Shown: one piece after another, positions 13,901 to 28,570 of the stretch
Layout of the letters: each line of letters starts with the position of its first letter
How positions within the stretch are numbered: the first letter of the stretch is position 1
Assembly: GCF_009914755.1 (NCBI RefSeq)
Contig: NC_060930.1
Length of the DNA stretch: 64,000 nt
Direction: 5' to 3' (one strand)
Source of the DNA: the human T2T-CHM13v2.0 reference genome, Homo sapiens
Position numbers and translations under genes: made by a program
The notes under the pieces: generated by a model
What the model was told of the DNA's origin: nothing
The model's input: the letters and a program-made list of their open reading frames with translations, nothing else
Databases searched by the model: none

Positions 13901-15680
13901 AATTATGATGTATGCTTGCCATTTAAAATGGTGCTTTTTGTTTAATAATGATGTCTAGTTCTTCTCAATTGCTTGGAGGATCAACCAAAATGGCTCATTG
14001 ATTGGTAAATTAATGCTACAGTCTTCCTTTTGTATGGGCTTCCGAGATGATCATTATTTCTGTCTTGAGGATTTCATGCATTTTAGAAAGGAGAGAAACA
14101 TGGCTTTTTAACATTTCATGACTCTACTCTGCCAGATAAACAGCACTCCTGTTGGATGCGCTCTGTATCCCATTCTATTCTTTTTCTTTTTTAATCTTGT
14201 TGACACTAGTGAACATTGAAATGCTCTTCACAATCTCATCACTGAAGGAAACTTTATCTTATGGACCCCTGATCCCTAACAGTGTCTTGGATTTCACCTT
14301 TTCTTTTTTTTTGTTAAAACAAATAATGTTTTAGTGTTAGCAGTAAATAGAATCTATATTTAACTTGATTTTCTCCATGCTCCAAAATTTCCTTCTCTTT
14401 GATGCCCTTAGATATTACGAATGAATTTGTCTTCTGAACATCTTGAGTTGGATCCTGTGGAATCACTACTAAACAAACTCATTTACACTCTCATTTTATA
14501 AAGTTTGAATTACCTATTCTAATTTCCCTGCAACAGTTATTCTCGACCAACCTATTATAATTCGTATATGTGTTCTAAGCCCTTGACAAATGGGCCAGTA
14601 ATGGGAAGTGTTTTGGGGGAAATACTTAAACTTAAGTATTTATTTTGTCAGGATACTGTTTGTGAGAAAGAGAACCTAATGGAATGATTTCTGCGAAGTA
14701 AAGAACAGCAGAATTCAACTGTTGTTTTTTGTAAGCAAGTGGTAAGAGGCTTAGTTTCAGTCTAAAGGAAAGCTGGTAGCAAAGAAAGATTCTGATATTT
14801 ACCAAAAAGTTGTCGGAATGTTCCTTGTGAGTATAACAAAACACGTAAAGGCAGAAATTATTCTATGCATAACCAATATGGCTCTGAAATAGAGAATATT
14901 TGAATGACTACAGACCCTTCTGGAACAGTTATACCAGAGTACAATTGTGCTCTAGCTTTTGCTTATTACCTGTTGTTCTGAGGCTTTACATCACTTCGAG
15001 TATGCTAAAATTCTGAATTTGAAAGTAAGCCATAAATCCTAACAGATTGAGAGCTACTGCTCTACAAGATTAGCAAAATTTAATCCCATCCAAGAAGATA
15101 GTTACTAAAGGAAAACAATCTTATGTGATTGCCTTCATAACTGAAGAAAAATCTTCTAATGAAATGTCCATTATAACTGATTTTTGTCAGTAGCTTGTGA
15201 CTTACATTTTCTATAAGTAGCTTGTTGCTAAACTTGAAAGTCAAATCCAGTACCCACCAGTGCTTGAAAGAGTTTATTTTCCTTATGTGTTTAAACACTT
15301 GCCAAAGAACATTTGATTCATTCTGAGCCACTATAAAATTGGGCATATTTTATGTTTTCTTGGCACTTGTATTTCAGAGATGAGGAAGGAATTTCAGTTT
15401 TTGTGAAAAGAAAGCAAGTTTATCTTCAGAATGATTGGAATTGTGAGACAGTAAATAGGTGAGGATATGGGGAGAGAAGAAGTGGTGTGAACAGTTGCTG
15501 AAAGGAATCGAAGAAGACTTACAGGAACCTGGCTCAGTATTGCAGAACCATATAATAGGCTACAATGAAATAGCGGACTACAGATCTTACAGCACTAATA
15601 GATATTTATTAAGTTATCCAGGACACGTTGCTGAAGATGTCTACCTCAAAATTTCAGTGGCCTAACACAATAACCAAATG

Positions 15681-15682
<2 letters not shown>

Positions 15683-15719
<37 letters not shown>

Positions 15720-16022
15720 AAACCAGTGGCTTAACACAATAACCAAATGTCTTACTTGTATATATATATTATATATATACACACATACATATACATACAC
15801 ATATATGTGTATATATGTATGTATACATACAAGACTATATATGTATATATGTGTGTATATATATATATACACATAAGAGTATATATACACACACATATAT
15901 ACATATATATATATAAAATCCCATGGAATCAACAATTAAATTTGTATATATATATCTTTTTAAAAAGATATATATGTGTGTGTATATGCATATATATGTG
16001 TGTGTGTATATATATATATATA
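15683..16022. repeat. (GT)n microsatellite followed by a complex TA/CA/TG low-complexity tract
   Basis: About 17 GT units at 15683-15716; tatatacacacatacat-type repeats at 15758-16022. Confidence 0.95.
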
Positions 16023-16154
16023 TTTTTTTTTTTAATTAAAGACAGGTCCTTGTTATGTTGCTCAGGCTGGTCTCGAACTCCTGGACTCAAGGAATCCTCC
16101 TACCTCTGCCTTCCCAGTAGCTGGGACTATAGGCATGTGACACCATGCCCTGCC
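16023..16154 (-). mobile_element. Alu monomer (FLAM-like)
   Basis: Poly-T followed by gacaggtccttgttatgttgctcaggctggtctcgaactcctggactcaag...catgccctgcc. Confidence 0.9.
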
Positions 16155-17026
16155 CTCTTCCTGTTGATTCCAACATAGCTGTTCCTGGTTGTTAGGTAAC
16201 ATTCCTCATGTTCCTTCAGCCACCCAGGCTCTTTCCTTTTTGTGGCACTATCATCTGTGGGACCTCAGGGTCTTATGATGGATACTCTGTAGCCAGTTGG
16301 CAAGGAGAGAAAAAGAAAGGACTGGAGAATTACAGAAGGCATTCTTAGTGTCCCGTCTGGAAGTGGCGTGGTTCCATTTGAGTGGACATCTTCAGTGATA
16401 TGGCCTAATATAGGTGCAAAGGAGTTGCTGGAAAATGTAGAACTTGGCCAGAAAGCTGATTCACAGCAATACATTGATACCATGAAAAGGCACCGCAAAT
16501 CTTTGGCAGATGGCTAGCCAACTCAGCCTCAGCCAAGCTCTATGTTTTTTCTCCAGCAGCACCAAACGACCCAGGTATCAGTGTGGAAAACATGGGTAGT
16601 TGATTTCATTTGTGTTTAAAGTTTGTTCAAGGGAGTATGGGGGAAGAGCAATTCTAACAAGGAAAAGGTTCAGCTAATGAGGACTGAGTTCTCCTGTGTT
16701 GAGGAAAGAAATGAATCCACGGGCAGTCGATACACTTGGAGACCAGGGAAGAAAGGATCAAAGACTGGGCTTTGAGCACAAGGATACTGAAGTTGGAAAA
16801 GTAGAGTCAGGGAAGGAGAGAGCTGGACAGATAGAATAATTTATTCATAAAGTGTGTTTGGAATTTAGGTTGAGAGTTGGACCCCTAGCAGCCAAGGGTG
16901 AGGCCATAGGAGTTGGTAATAAAAGGAGAGGGCAAAGGAATAATAATAGTCGAGGTGGAAAAGGGACTGCAAGTCTCAGGTGCTAGGAAGTTAATGCATA
17001 TGATTTTAGCCTCCGGGATAGTAGCA

Positions 17027-17518
17027 TGTGACAGATTGATTTTAAAAATGTTCTCGATTCTTCCTACCCTAAATCTCCCTTTTCCTCTGTAATTTTGACA
17101 TGCTTTCCCTCATTGTGGGTGGGGCATTCAGAACCACAACTTGGCTCCCGGCTCAACTACATGACTTGCTTTGACCAACGGAATGTTAGAAAATTAGACA
17201 CAAAGCAGAGGTTGAAAAATAACCTGTTCTTTAGGGTTTTTCTTTCTTGCTCCTCTGCCTTTGTCCCCTCCAAAAACATACAGGCTAGCTTGCTGATGGA
17301 TGAGACATTCAGAGCAGACAGGGCTGAGTTGCCCCACTCGAACCAGTGAAGGTCACTGGAGACCAGTCAATAGCATGAAGAACTCAATAAAGATCGATAG
17401 AGCGGTCTAGCCTCCCTCACTGGCTCCAGATGAGTGAGGAATCAATGCTTATTTTTATATGGCACTGAAGTTTTGCAGCTGCTGTGCAGCCTCACTGTGG
17501 CAATATATAACTGATACA
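17027..17518 (+). mobile_element. MLT1 (G/H/I-like) MaLR solo LTR
   Basis: TG...CA ends; tgacttgctttgaccaacggaatg; terminal gcaatatataactgataca. Confidence 0.75.
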
Positions 17519-18499
17519 AGGGCTGGAAAGGAGTTCCACAGAGAACGTGGAGGAGCGACATGAAAGCTAAACAGTCTACAACACCTTTTGCAAGTGCTTG
17601 CTACAAAAAAAATATCCATTTACCTTATTGGCCAAATGAATTAAAAAACCTGTACACTTTGGCTTCCACCAGCTCAATTCTATTTTTGCCTCAATTTTTT
17701 TTGTTTCCATATCTTTTTATATCAGTGGCTTTTGTTTTACAACTATAAACTTTAATTTAGTAACATGTAAATAGAAAAAAAAAAACATGAGCGCAAAAGA
17801 TAGACCATGTGCTAAGAAGATATTTCTTTAAAAACACAATTGACTGTTTTTTGAAAAGTCTAGAAAATAATGTTTCTAATTTTTGCTGTCACATATAAAG
17901 AAAATTAATAAAAATCTAGAAAGATTAATTTTATAAATTAATGCACAGTTCATGTTCTACCTTAATAAAACCAAAGCAAGAACTTGCAAAAATGTCATTT
18001 TGTCTGTGGCTATTCCAGGAAAATAGTAGGAACCTCCAATAAGTAGGCCTGAACATCAATAACCAATGTAACACTGAAATGATTGTGGCATAGTTATTGC
18101 AGAATTATTTTTTGTTTAAGTGCTTTAAATTAAAACAAAAATATTTAAAGAATATGTGATTCAATTTTTGTGCCCAGTTCAGATTCAGAAAAACTCCTCC
18201 AAGTTGCCAGTCAGTTATTGGTCTTAAATTGATTAGCCTCTACCTATCCATGTATGCAGGAACACACAAAAGGTAGTGACCCGTTTTGAATGCTTGAAAT
18301 GCTATAGCTATACTGTGTTTTTCTCTAGAAAGAATGGGGCTTTGTAATTTAGGACATTTTAGTCTAGGACTTTGTTTTAAATATAAAGATTTATAGGGAT
18401 TTTTTTTCTTGGAAATAAGTAAAAGTATGCCAAATTATTATGAAACAAATTTTCCAGATTTTGACCATGTTATAAACTTATTCAATACATTTGTTTGTG

Positions 18500-19065
18500 T
18501 ATTTAACAGCTCTATTGAGGTACAATTCACACATCATCAAATAGACCTATTGTAAATATACAATGGAATACTTCTTAGCGAGTTTAGAGAGTTGTGCAGC
18601 TCTCACCACATCTAGTTTTAAAATATTTCCATCACCCCAAAAAGTTTCCTCATGCCCTTTTGCGGTCAATCTCTGCACCCACCCACCATGTTCCCCTCCC
18701 ACCCCAGCCCCCGGCACTACTAATCTGAATACTGTCTCTTTAAATTTGAGTTTTCCAGATACTTCATTTAAACAGAATCAGGTAATATGCAATTTTTTTT
18801 GCATCTGGCTTCTTTAACTTAGTATAATGTTTTTGAGGTTCATCCATGTTGCATCATGTAATACAGATTTTGATGTATTGAGTTTTGTTTTCATTTAGGT
18901 CAAAATACTTTCCAATTCTCTGTGACGTCTTTGGTATTACTTAGAATTGTATTGTCTAATTTGTCAATATTTAGGGATTTCCCAATATTCTTTCTGTTGT
19001 TCAGTTCCAATTTTATTGTAGTTGGGAAAGATACTTTGGCTATTTCAATTATTTTAATCATTTTT
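18500..19065 (-). mobile_element. Old L1M (L1MB/MC-like): 3' UTR joined to 5' ORF2 sequence
   Basis: Antisense L1 3' UTR (ctctattgaggtacaattcac...catcaccccaaaaag) switches at ~18860 to antisense ORF2 sequence. Confidence 0.75.
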
Positions 19066-19070
19066 AAGAG

Positions 19071-20901
<1,831 letters not shown>

Positions 20902-20903
<2 letters not shown>

Positions 20904-23820
20904 GAGTTGTTTTAAATTTGTAGTTGGTCTACTTTAGAGACTTCTATGTGAGTTATAAAAAGAAAGTGTATTTTGCTGTTGCTGAGTTAAATCAATCTAC
21001 AGTTAAGTCAAGGTGTTGTTCGAGTGTACTATTTTCTGTCTAGTTCTAATATATATTAAGAGTGAAATACTGAAACTCTGATTCCAATTGTTGAATTGTC
21101 TTTCTTACCTTTGGTTTTAGTGAGTTTTTGCTTCATTTATTTTAGATGTTTTCCTTTTGAGTATACATTTACCATTATTATGTGTTCCAGTTGAATTGAC
21201 CCTTTTATCACTATGAAATGTCTCACTTTGTCTCTAGTAATATTTTTGTTTTAGTGACTATTTTTTCTGATATTAATATTAGATACTTCTGCTCTCTTAT
21301 GCCTACTATTTGCTTGGTATATATTTGTCTACGCTTTTACATCCTACCTATTCATGCCCATGATTCTATTGTGTTTCTCTAGGAGACAGTTGGATCCTGA
21401 TTTTTTAAATCCAGTCTTACAATCTGTGTTTTTTTAATTACAGTGATTTTTTCATTCACATTTAGTGTGCTTATTGTCATGGTTGGATTATGACTGCTCA
21501 TTTCCATTTGATTTTTATATGCCTAACTTTTGTTCCTCCTTTATTGCCTTCTTTTATGTAAAAGATGCATATTTTTGCTCTAGAGAGTATTATATGACTC
21601 TTAACTTTTCACAATTTTAAAATGTCTCATTACTGTATGTCTGTTAATCTAGTAGTTGACCTAGGCATTACAGCATGCCTCTTACTTTGTCATAGTCTGT
21701 CTCAGGTTAGCACTGGCTTAGTTCCAGAAAAATAGAGCAGCTTTGTTCCAGTGTAGCTCCTTTTCCTCCCATTTTTTAATTCTAATTGTCATGTATATTA
21801 CATGTATATGTTATAAAGCCATAAATATAATGTCATAATAATATTTGCCCATGACTATTGAAGAAATTTTAAAAATTCTTTTTAAAAAGATAGCTATGTA
21901 TTCTTTTATACTTTCTCACATATTTTTCATTTTCAGTGTTCTTCATTTCTTCCTCTAGATTTGAATTACCATTTAGCGTGATTCTTTTTCGGGCTGTAGA
22001 ACTCTCTTTTACATCTCTTGCAAAGCAATTCTGCCAGCAATCAATTTTCTCAGGCAAGATAATGCCTTTATTTTTTCTTTTTGAAAGATAGTTTTGTTGA
22101 ATTCTTGGTGGACAAGTTTGTTTTTGCTTTTTCTTTTTAAAGAAATTTAATTTTGCCACTCCACTACCTTCAGATCTCTATCACTTTTGACAAAAAGGCA
22201 ACTTTTAATTATATTGCTGCTCTTCTGTACACAGTGAGTCCATTCTCTTTTGCTGCTTTTAAGATTTTCTCTTCGCCCTTGACTTTCAACAGTTTAACCA
22301 TAATGTGGTAAGTGTGGATATCTTTGTATTTATCCTACTTGGATTCATTGAGCTTCCCCGTAGTAATATTTGTCATCCAATTTGGAAAATTATAAGAATT
22401 TATTCTTTAAACATTTTTTCTGCCCCCTTCCTCTCACCTTTTTTTCCAGGACTCCCATTACACCTACATGTTGACAGAGTTTTAGTTGTCCTACAAGTCT
22501 CTGATTATTCATTTTTCTTTAATGAATAATTTCTAGTGTTCTATTTTCAAGTTCGTAGATTCTTGCTTATGTCATCTTAAGTCTGCTTGTTGAGTCCATG
22601 TAATAAATTATTCATGTTAGTTACTGTACTTTTCAACTTAAAATTTTCCATTTGGTTTTAGAGTTTCACTTTTTAAAACTTTCTACTTAGTTTCTATTTC
22701 TAAAACTTATTTTAGAGTTTCTACTGTTGTGATTCCTATTTGTTGATTCATCATCATATTTTTCTTTAATTTTTTAACATGCATATATAATAGCTTCTTT
22801 GAAGACTTTATTAAAGCCAACATCTTTGCCCATTCACACTTTTTACTACTTTTATCCCTATATATGTTACACTTCCCTATTGTTTGTATATCCTTTTTTT
22901 TTTTTTTTTTTTACTAAAAACACAGCAATTTTAGACAATTTATTGTAGCAATTCTGGATTTTGAGAGTTGTTATTTTTTCCATCTTGTTTTCCTTTTTAG
23001 TAATTTGTGTAGACTATTGTGTTTACTCTCCCTTCACGGTGTAGGCCCACTGTGTCTCTGTTCAAGTTCTTTTTATTCTTATTCTTGTTTTTATTTATTA
23101 TCCTGGCATCCTAAAGATCACACGTGCACCTGCATGGCTTCATAGCCAATCATTTGGCCAGAGGCTTTGCTTAAATACCTCATGCCAGTAAAACTCTGTC
23201 CTCTCCTGACAGGTCTGAGTATGGTTTGGGGCCTGCATTTAAATGTCATGCAGATTTCACATTTGGGCAAGTGTTTACTTCTGCTGGGACATCCTGGAAC
23301 TGTCCCGACAGACTCTGAGTCAGCCAGGCATGTGTAGAAAGCTTACTTAGCTCCTTTATTGCCCTCTCATTTCCAGAACCCCCTGGTTAAATTTCTGACT
23401 AGTCCACCATTCAACTTCTTACCCAACCAGGACCCCACCTTCATATTTTCCCTTTTTATTTTCTTTTGAATTTGCTGCTTTCATTGACAATGCCACTGAG
23501 TATAAGATTTTGCCAAATCAAATTAAACCCCTCCAGCAACAAAGTTGCTCATTTTTACAACCATCCCTGTCCTAGTAGCACTACCATCTCAACTGACTTG
23601 GGGAAGAAGAAGAATGGGACATCCCCAGGCGAGAATGCAACAGACTCCACTGTTTTTACCTGGAGCCCAAGAATTTTTCATGGATAGAGGCTTCTGTATT
23701 TGTTGTTTACCTATGGCATTTCACAGAGCTGTGAAGTGGTAGTTTTTGACAATTTTATCCAGTTTGGGGTTTATTTTGGGTGGAGGGGAACTGCTGACAT
23801 TTCTTCACACTGGGAGTCCC
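20902..23820 (-). mobile_element. Continuation of the old L1M (ORF2 5' end, ORF1, 5' region)
   Basis: T-rich antisense L1 resumes after the L1PA poly-A; the minus-strand ORF 21869-22159 resembles a decayed ORF1 C-terminus. Confidence 0.75.
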
Positions 23821-24932
23821 CAGTGTTGTTCAAATTTTAAGAATGGAAATTTCTACTGCCGCTCTTATTTGCTTGATACAACATTCAGTATGCCCACCCC
23901 ACATCTGACTCTATACCATCTCTCTGCTTGCAATCAAATGGTAGAGCAATCATGCCACATATTTTGTCTGACCAATAAATAAGTGCTAATTTGAGTGAAA
24001 GCTTTCACTGCAAATGAAGTGCTGCAAATAATATATAATGAATTTCCTACCTGCCACAGTGGTTGGCGTCACAGTGGTCTGGACTCCATATGGATAAGTA
24101 AGTCAGCTCATCATAATTAAAAAATAATTGTTTAGCTTTTTTTTGTTATTTTTTGTGCTCTCTGGGTGGAAGATATTGGGCCATCACTATCTGTTCAGCA
24201 ATGACAGGAAAAGGGTCCTACGTCACAGTGCACTGGTAGGTGACTGCTAAAGACCCTTCCCATGATTGGAACCCATCTTTGCAGACTCTTGCAGAGTTCC
24301 TGCTATAAAAAGTTTTCTTCTGATTAAAAACAGTAGATCTCCTCTTAGGTAATGGCAGATTATTAAGGCTATTATTTCAGAATCTTTAAGGTATGAAGGA
24401 GGGAACTACCTCAAACACTAAGTTCTGGACCAAAGCTCTTAAAAGTCTTGTCAGAATGAGAAGAGGCGTGTGTTTCTCAAAGAGGCTGTGGATAGATAGA
24501 GGAAAAAGATGGACTGATTCTGGTGAAATCACTGCAGTGCAGAAGCCTTTAAGAGAAGAGGTTGTTACACAAGGATTTAGCCAACATTACATATTGTCCA
24601 TGTGGTCAGTAGGTGTTGGGCTTGTGAGAACCAGAAACCTCTCAGTAAAAGGGATGACTACAAGGGAACTGGTTGGTGTCTTCTGAATTCCTTTAAGACA
24701 GAAGAGGAGGGAGTATTACGTGCAGAAACAGAAGGATGGAGGTGCTTGCTGACAGATGGAGGCTCCAGAGGACATTGTCTGACATGATAGAGCTGGGGGG
24801 AAATTGGCAGAAAAATTGGAGGAGGGCTGAGAATTCTGCAAACAAAAATATAACCTGAGGGCCTGATATTTGGGAATGAGGGTAAGAGAAAAAAAAATTT
24901 CCCGTCTGAACAGGGACACACAATCACAAGGA

Positions 24933-24963
24933 AACAACAACAGCAACAACAACAGCAACAGCA
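24933..24963. repeat. (CAA/CAG)n trinucleotide repeat
   Basis: aacaacaacagcaacaacaacagcaacagca. Confidence 0.85.
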
Positions 24964-25704
24964 TTTTCTTAAATACTTTGTGTACCTTAAAGAGAAGCAG
25001 CAGATAACTGCGAATTAGTAATTAATCTTGCCATCATTATTGATATCATCATAACCTTATTACATTATATTAAGTGAATCACTGGAAATATTAAAATACT
25101 CAATGCGACTAATAAAGTTTTCTTTCCCATTTGAATGTATATTGTTAATGTGGAAACTCAAATGTATAGCTGGAGAGGTTCTCTTCTCAGGTGATGCCTC
25201 TCTACCACCTGTCTAACAATTCCTTGTAGCCCCAGGGCATTTTTTGGAGTCAGCTATTTGTACTAAAAGGGAACTAATGAATAGTGCAAATGACACTAAA
25301 AAAAAAATAGAGTGGCTTTATCAGAAGGCACAGATGTTAACTTATCAGATGCAAGGAAAGGAAACTCTTGCTAATTGGATCCTATTCTCCCTCTGTCAGT
25401 TTCATTTAAGGAGACATTTAAACAGTACACAGCTGGAATTTGGAAGTTTTCTTTAAACAAGACTACATAAAACCAAGCTGGTTTAGAGTACTTCTGTGTC
25501 TACCTCTTGTTTTTTGTTTTTTTTTTTTCTAGCTTGGCTCGCCTGTTGACATGAAGCTATTAGTATTACAATTAGTACTGAAATACATTATTAAGCAAAC
25601 AGAAAACTTTTCTAAAAGATAGGAAGGCTTAGGGAATTGACACCATGAGTAAGAGTGGTGAGGTAATATTTTTAGTCCAATCTCACTTTGCGACTGATTT
25701 TAAA

Positions 25705-25825
25705 AGAACCATAACACTTTAGAATTCAAAGTGACTTTAGATATTCGTTAGTCCAGTTCATTCATTTTCTAAGTTAGCAGTTGATGTTCAGAGAGGTGAA
25801 ATGGCCTGTTGAAAAATCATAGTGA
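25705..25825 (-). mobile_element. MIR (MIR3/MIRc-like)
   Basis: cataacactttagaattcaaagtgactttaga...tagtccag...cagagaggtgaaatggcc. Confidence 0.6.
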
Positions 25826-27361
25826 TATTCATAAAATGCCCTCATGAGTAGCAAACTTTCTTTAACTCAGATTAGTGGGGCTTTCAACATGTTATCTTGC
25901 CTCCTTCTCAAATCACAAGAGATTAAGATGTATTCATCTTTTTCTTGTTTGTTTGTTTCAATCTTTCACATTATCTCCATTTCTTCACAAGTTCCAGGGA
26001 AAGAGAATTTGAGATTTCTCTTTTATCCATATTTTTGATAGTGCCTAAAATAATAACAAAACCCCACCAGCCCTAAGAAGATTTTTAAATAAAAGAATTA
26101 TAAAATTTCGCCTGTGGTTCAAGTGCAATGTTTAGATATCTAGAGTAGTCATAAAAAAAAAGCAATTGAATGAGAGAAGTTTTTCCAGGTGAAAAATAAA
26201 GAAATTGTTAGAATGCTCTCTCCATTGAACCATAGGCAGATTATCTTAAGTGACTTTGCTGTACTATTTCCCAAAATCAAACAACATATGGTTACCCAGG
26301 CCTGTTAACTCATTGCATAGTCAATAGATCATGTTGGTCTATTCAGTGATTTAGCTAAATGTAAATAGTTTTCAAAAGTGTGTGATGCTTCTACAATTTA
26401 TTTCACATTTTCATTAGCAAGCTCTAATTTATCTGACCTGACCACACCTATAGAATATTAAATTTCATGAGAGACTTAACCTCAGTGCCCAGCAGAATAT
26501 CTGACACTTGTAAGTTGCCGCCCCTTCCTTGGTTTCCAGCTTTCATGTTTATTTTCTAGATTTAAAAATATTGCATTCACTATGTATGTTGTTCATATGT
26601 TCATATATTAGGCAATAATCCTAATTCCTTTATTTTTATTTTAATTTTTTTAAATTTTATTTTTTATCTAAAACCAAGCCTTTATCAAAAAAGTGTATGC
26701 TGAGAAGAATTTTAAAATAAAAAACTAACACTTCTAGTTTGGAAAATATTTACTTCACCAATAATGAGCATTGAGAACTTTACTCCCATCACCTTTAAGA
26801 GCTAGGGAGTAAATAAATACTAAATAACTAGAGCTGTATAACTGAATCCACAAAAGTGACAGCTGTTTTTTATAACCTCAATGTTGGGCCACAGATCAGT
26901 AAAAGAAATAACAACACTCCACTTTTCTAGATACCTAAATGTGTACTTGGCCCAGCAGGTGGGCAAATTAATCTTGGGAAGTAGAAACATGAGTTCTCAG
27001 GGCCTGTTATGGTTCCAAGAACAGTGGCCACTGGGGCTGATGGCTTCCGCATCATTGTGGAGAAACTGGCTTTCTTGGCCAGTTTTTGGACTAGGAGCTT
27101 AAACCACCCGTGAGTAGTAGTAGCATACCGCTGTGATCCGAGAGAAGTTGGAAAACGTGCATTAGCTGGAATCCTCCCAGAACTGCATTATTTACAGCTT
27201 TTAAGCAATTTTGGGTTGGGTTGTAGGGTATGAAATTGACAGTTTCCTTGGATGGACTGTATAAGTAAACAGCTCGGCTTTTATCTTTTCAATGTTGTTA
27301 GATAGACTAATATTTGCCGAGTGCCATTTCTGAATAATAGCATCTCTAAATAATACAAGTA

Positions 27362-27717
27362 TTTTCTTTTTTATTTCTCTCTTCAACCTTTAAGTTCCAG
27401 GGTACATGTGCAGGACGTGCAGGTTTGTTACATAGGCAATCATGTACCATGGTCGTTTGCTGAGCAGATCAACCTATCACCTACGTATTAAGCCCAGCAT
27501 CCATTAGCTATTCTTCCTAATGCTCTCCCTTCCCCTACCCCCCAACCAGACCCCAGTGTGTGTTGTTCTCCACTATGTGTCCATGTGTTCTCATCATTCA
27601 GCTCTCACTTATAAGTGAGAACGTGCGGTGTTTGGTTTTCTGTTCCTGTGTTTGTTTGCTGAGGATAACGGTTTCCAGCTCCATTTATGTTTCTGCAAAG
27701 GACATGATCTCTTTCCT
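27362..27717 (-). mobile_element. 5'-truncated L1PA 3' UTR (older L1PA, about PA8-PA13)
   Basis: gggtacatgtgcaggacgtgcaggtttgttacatagg...cacttataagtgagaacgtgcggtgtttgg. Confidence 0.92.
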
Positions 27718-28179
27718 AACCAAATAATTTTCTAAATACTATTTTTAGCTAAAATGTACTCTCTATATAGTAATATTTCTGAAGTTTTAAAGATTTCATT
27801 TACCTTATAGATATTCTCAAAATATATGGTTCCCCTCCAACCAGAAAACCCACTGGGAATTCTGAATTTCATTTCCAAAACCATTCTACTAATAGCTCTC
27901 CTGGCAGGAGACCCAGACTGCACCACAGCGAGAACAATCTCTCTGACACAAAGTCAGCCCTCCTTCAGTATTAACGAGGGTGAGAGTAGACCGAGTGGAC
28001 ACATTCCAGAGCTAGTTTCTATTAAAACAACACCAGTAAGCATGCATTTCATATAAATACCATGGTTTCCCATGCAATAAAAAAAATAAAGCTGAGTGCT
28101 AAGAAGAGTATTTACATTAAGCAATAATCAATAGAGGCCTCCAGGCTGTCTTTTCAAGGGGGTCATTTGTGGGGGGCTC

Positions 28180-28570
28180 TGAAGGGGTGGGCTTTGGGCC
28201 GGCTTTGTATTTCTCAAATGAGGTCTCTGCATAAGGTCGCTTAGGAGGAGCTGAGATGAGAGAACTGAAGCGGATGATCTATCTTATAAATTAGACTTCA
28301 ACTAGTGTAAAAGCTGCTGGAGTGAGGGACCAATTGTTTTGGTAGCCTGTCAGAAATAATTTCAAACCTGACAGGACACTGAGCCGTGTGGTGTGATCTC
28401 CCAGCCTTCAGTCTCCACACTGGGAGAGAAGCGGAACAGGACGGGGCAAACCCTCACCGTGGAAGCGCGGCTGCCAGATCCCAGCACCCGGCCTTGCCAT
28501 TCGCTGCATCCCCAGCTCCCTCCCTCCTCCTCTCAACCCCTCCTGCTTCCCTCCCTACCCTCCCTCAGTG
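28180..28570 (-). promoter_or_regulatory. Candidate weak-CpG promoter / first exon
   Basis: About 11 CpGs in ~320 bp; G4 motif at 28549-28564 (minus strand); minus-strand donor ACG|GTGAGG at 28458/28457. Confidence 0.45.

Larger units (their letters stand above)
15610..16460 (-). mobile_element. MLT1 (J/K-like) MaLR LTR, interrupted by microsatellites and an Alu monomer
   Basis: ctcaaaatttcagtggcctaacacaataa at the left; ctggaagtggc...gtgcaaagga..ctggaaaatgtag at the right. Confidence 0.55.

Noticed and set aside
14654-14741. Exon-like segment (ttttgtcag...GTG|gtaaga) as a coding exon
   Set aside because: It has stop codons in all three frames; a noncoding exon cannot be supported from sequence alone.
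15654-16178. 93-aa and 143-aa Y/I/H/C-rich ORFs
   Set aside because: They are translations of microsatellite and Alu sequence.
24933-24963. Polyglutamine-coding tract
   Set aside because: There is no supporting long ORF or splice context; it is a simple repeat.
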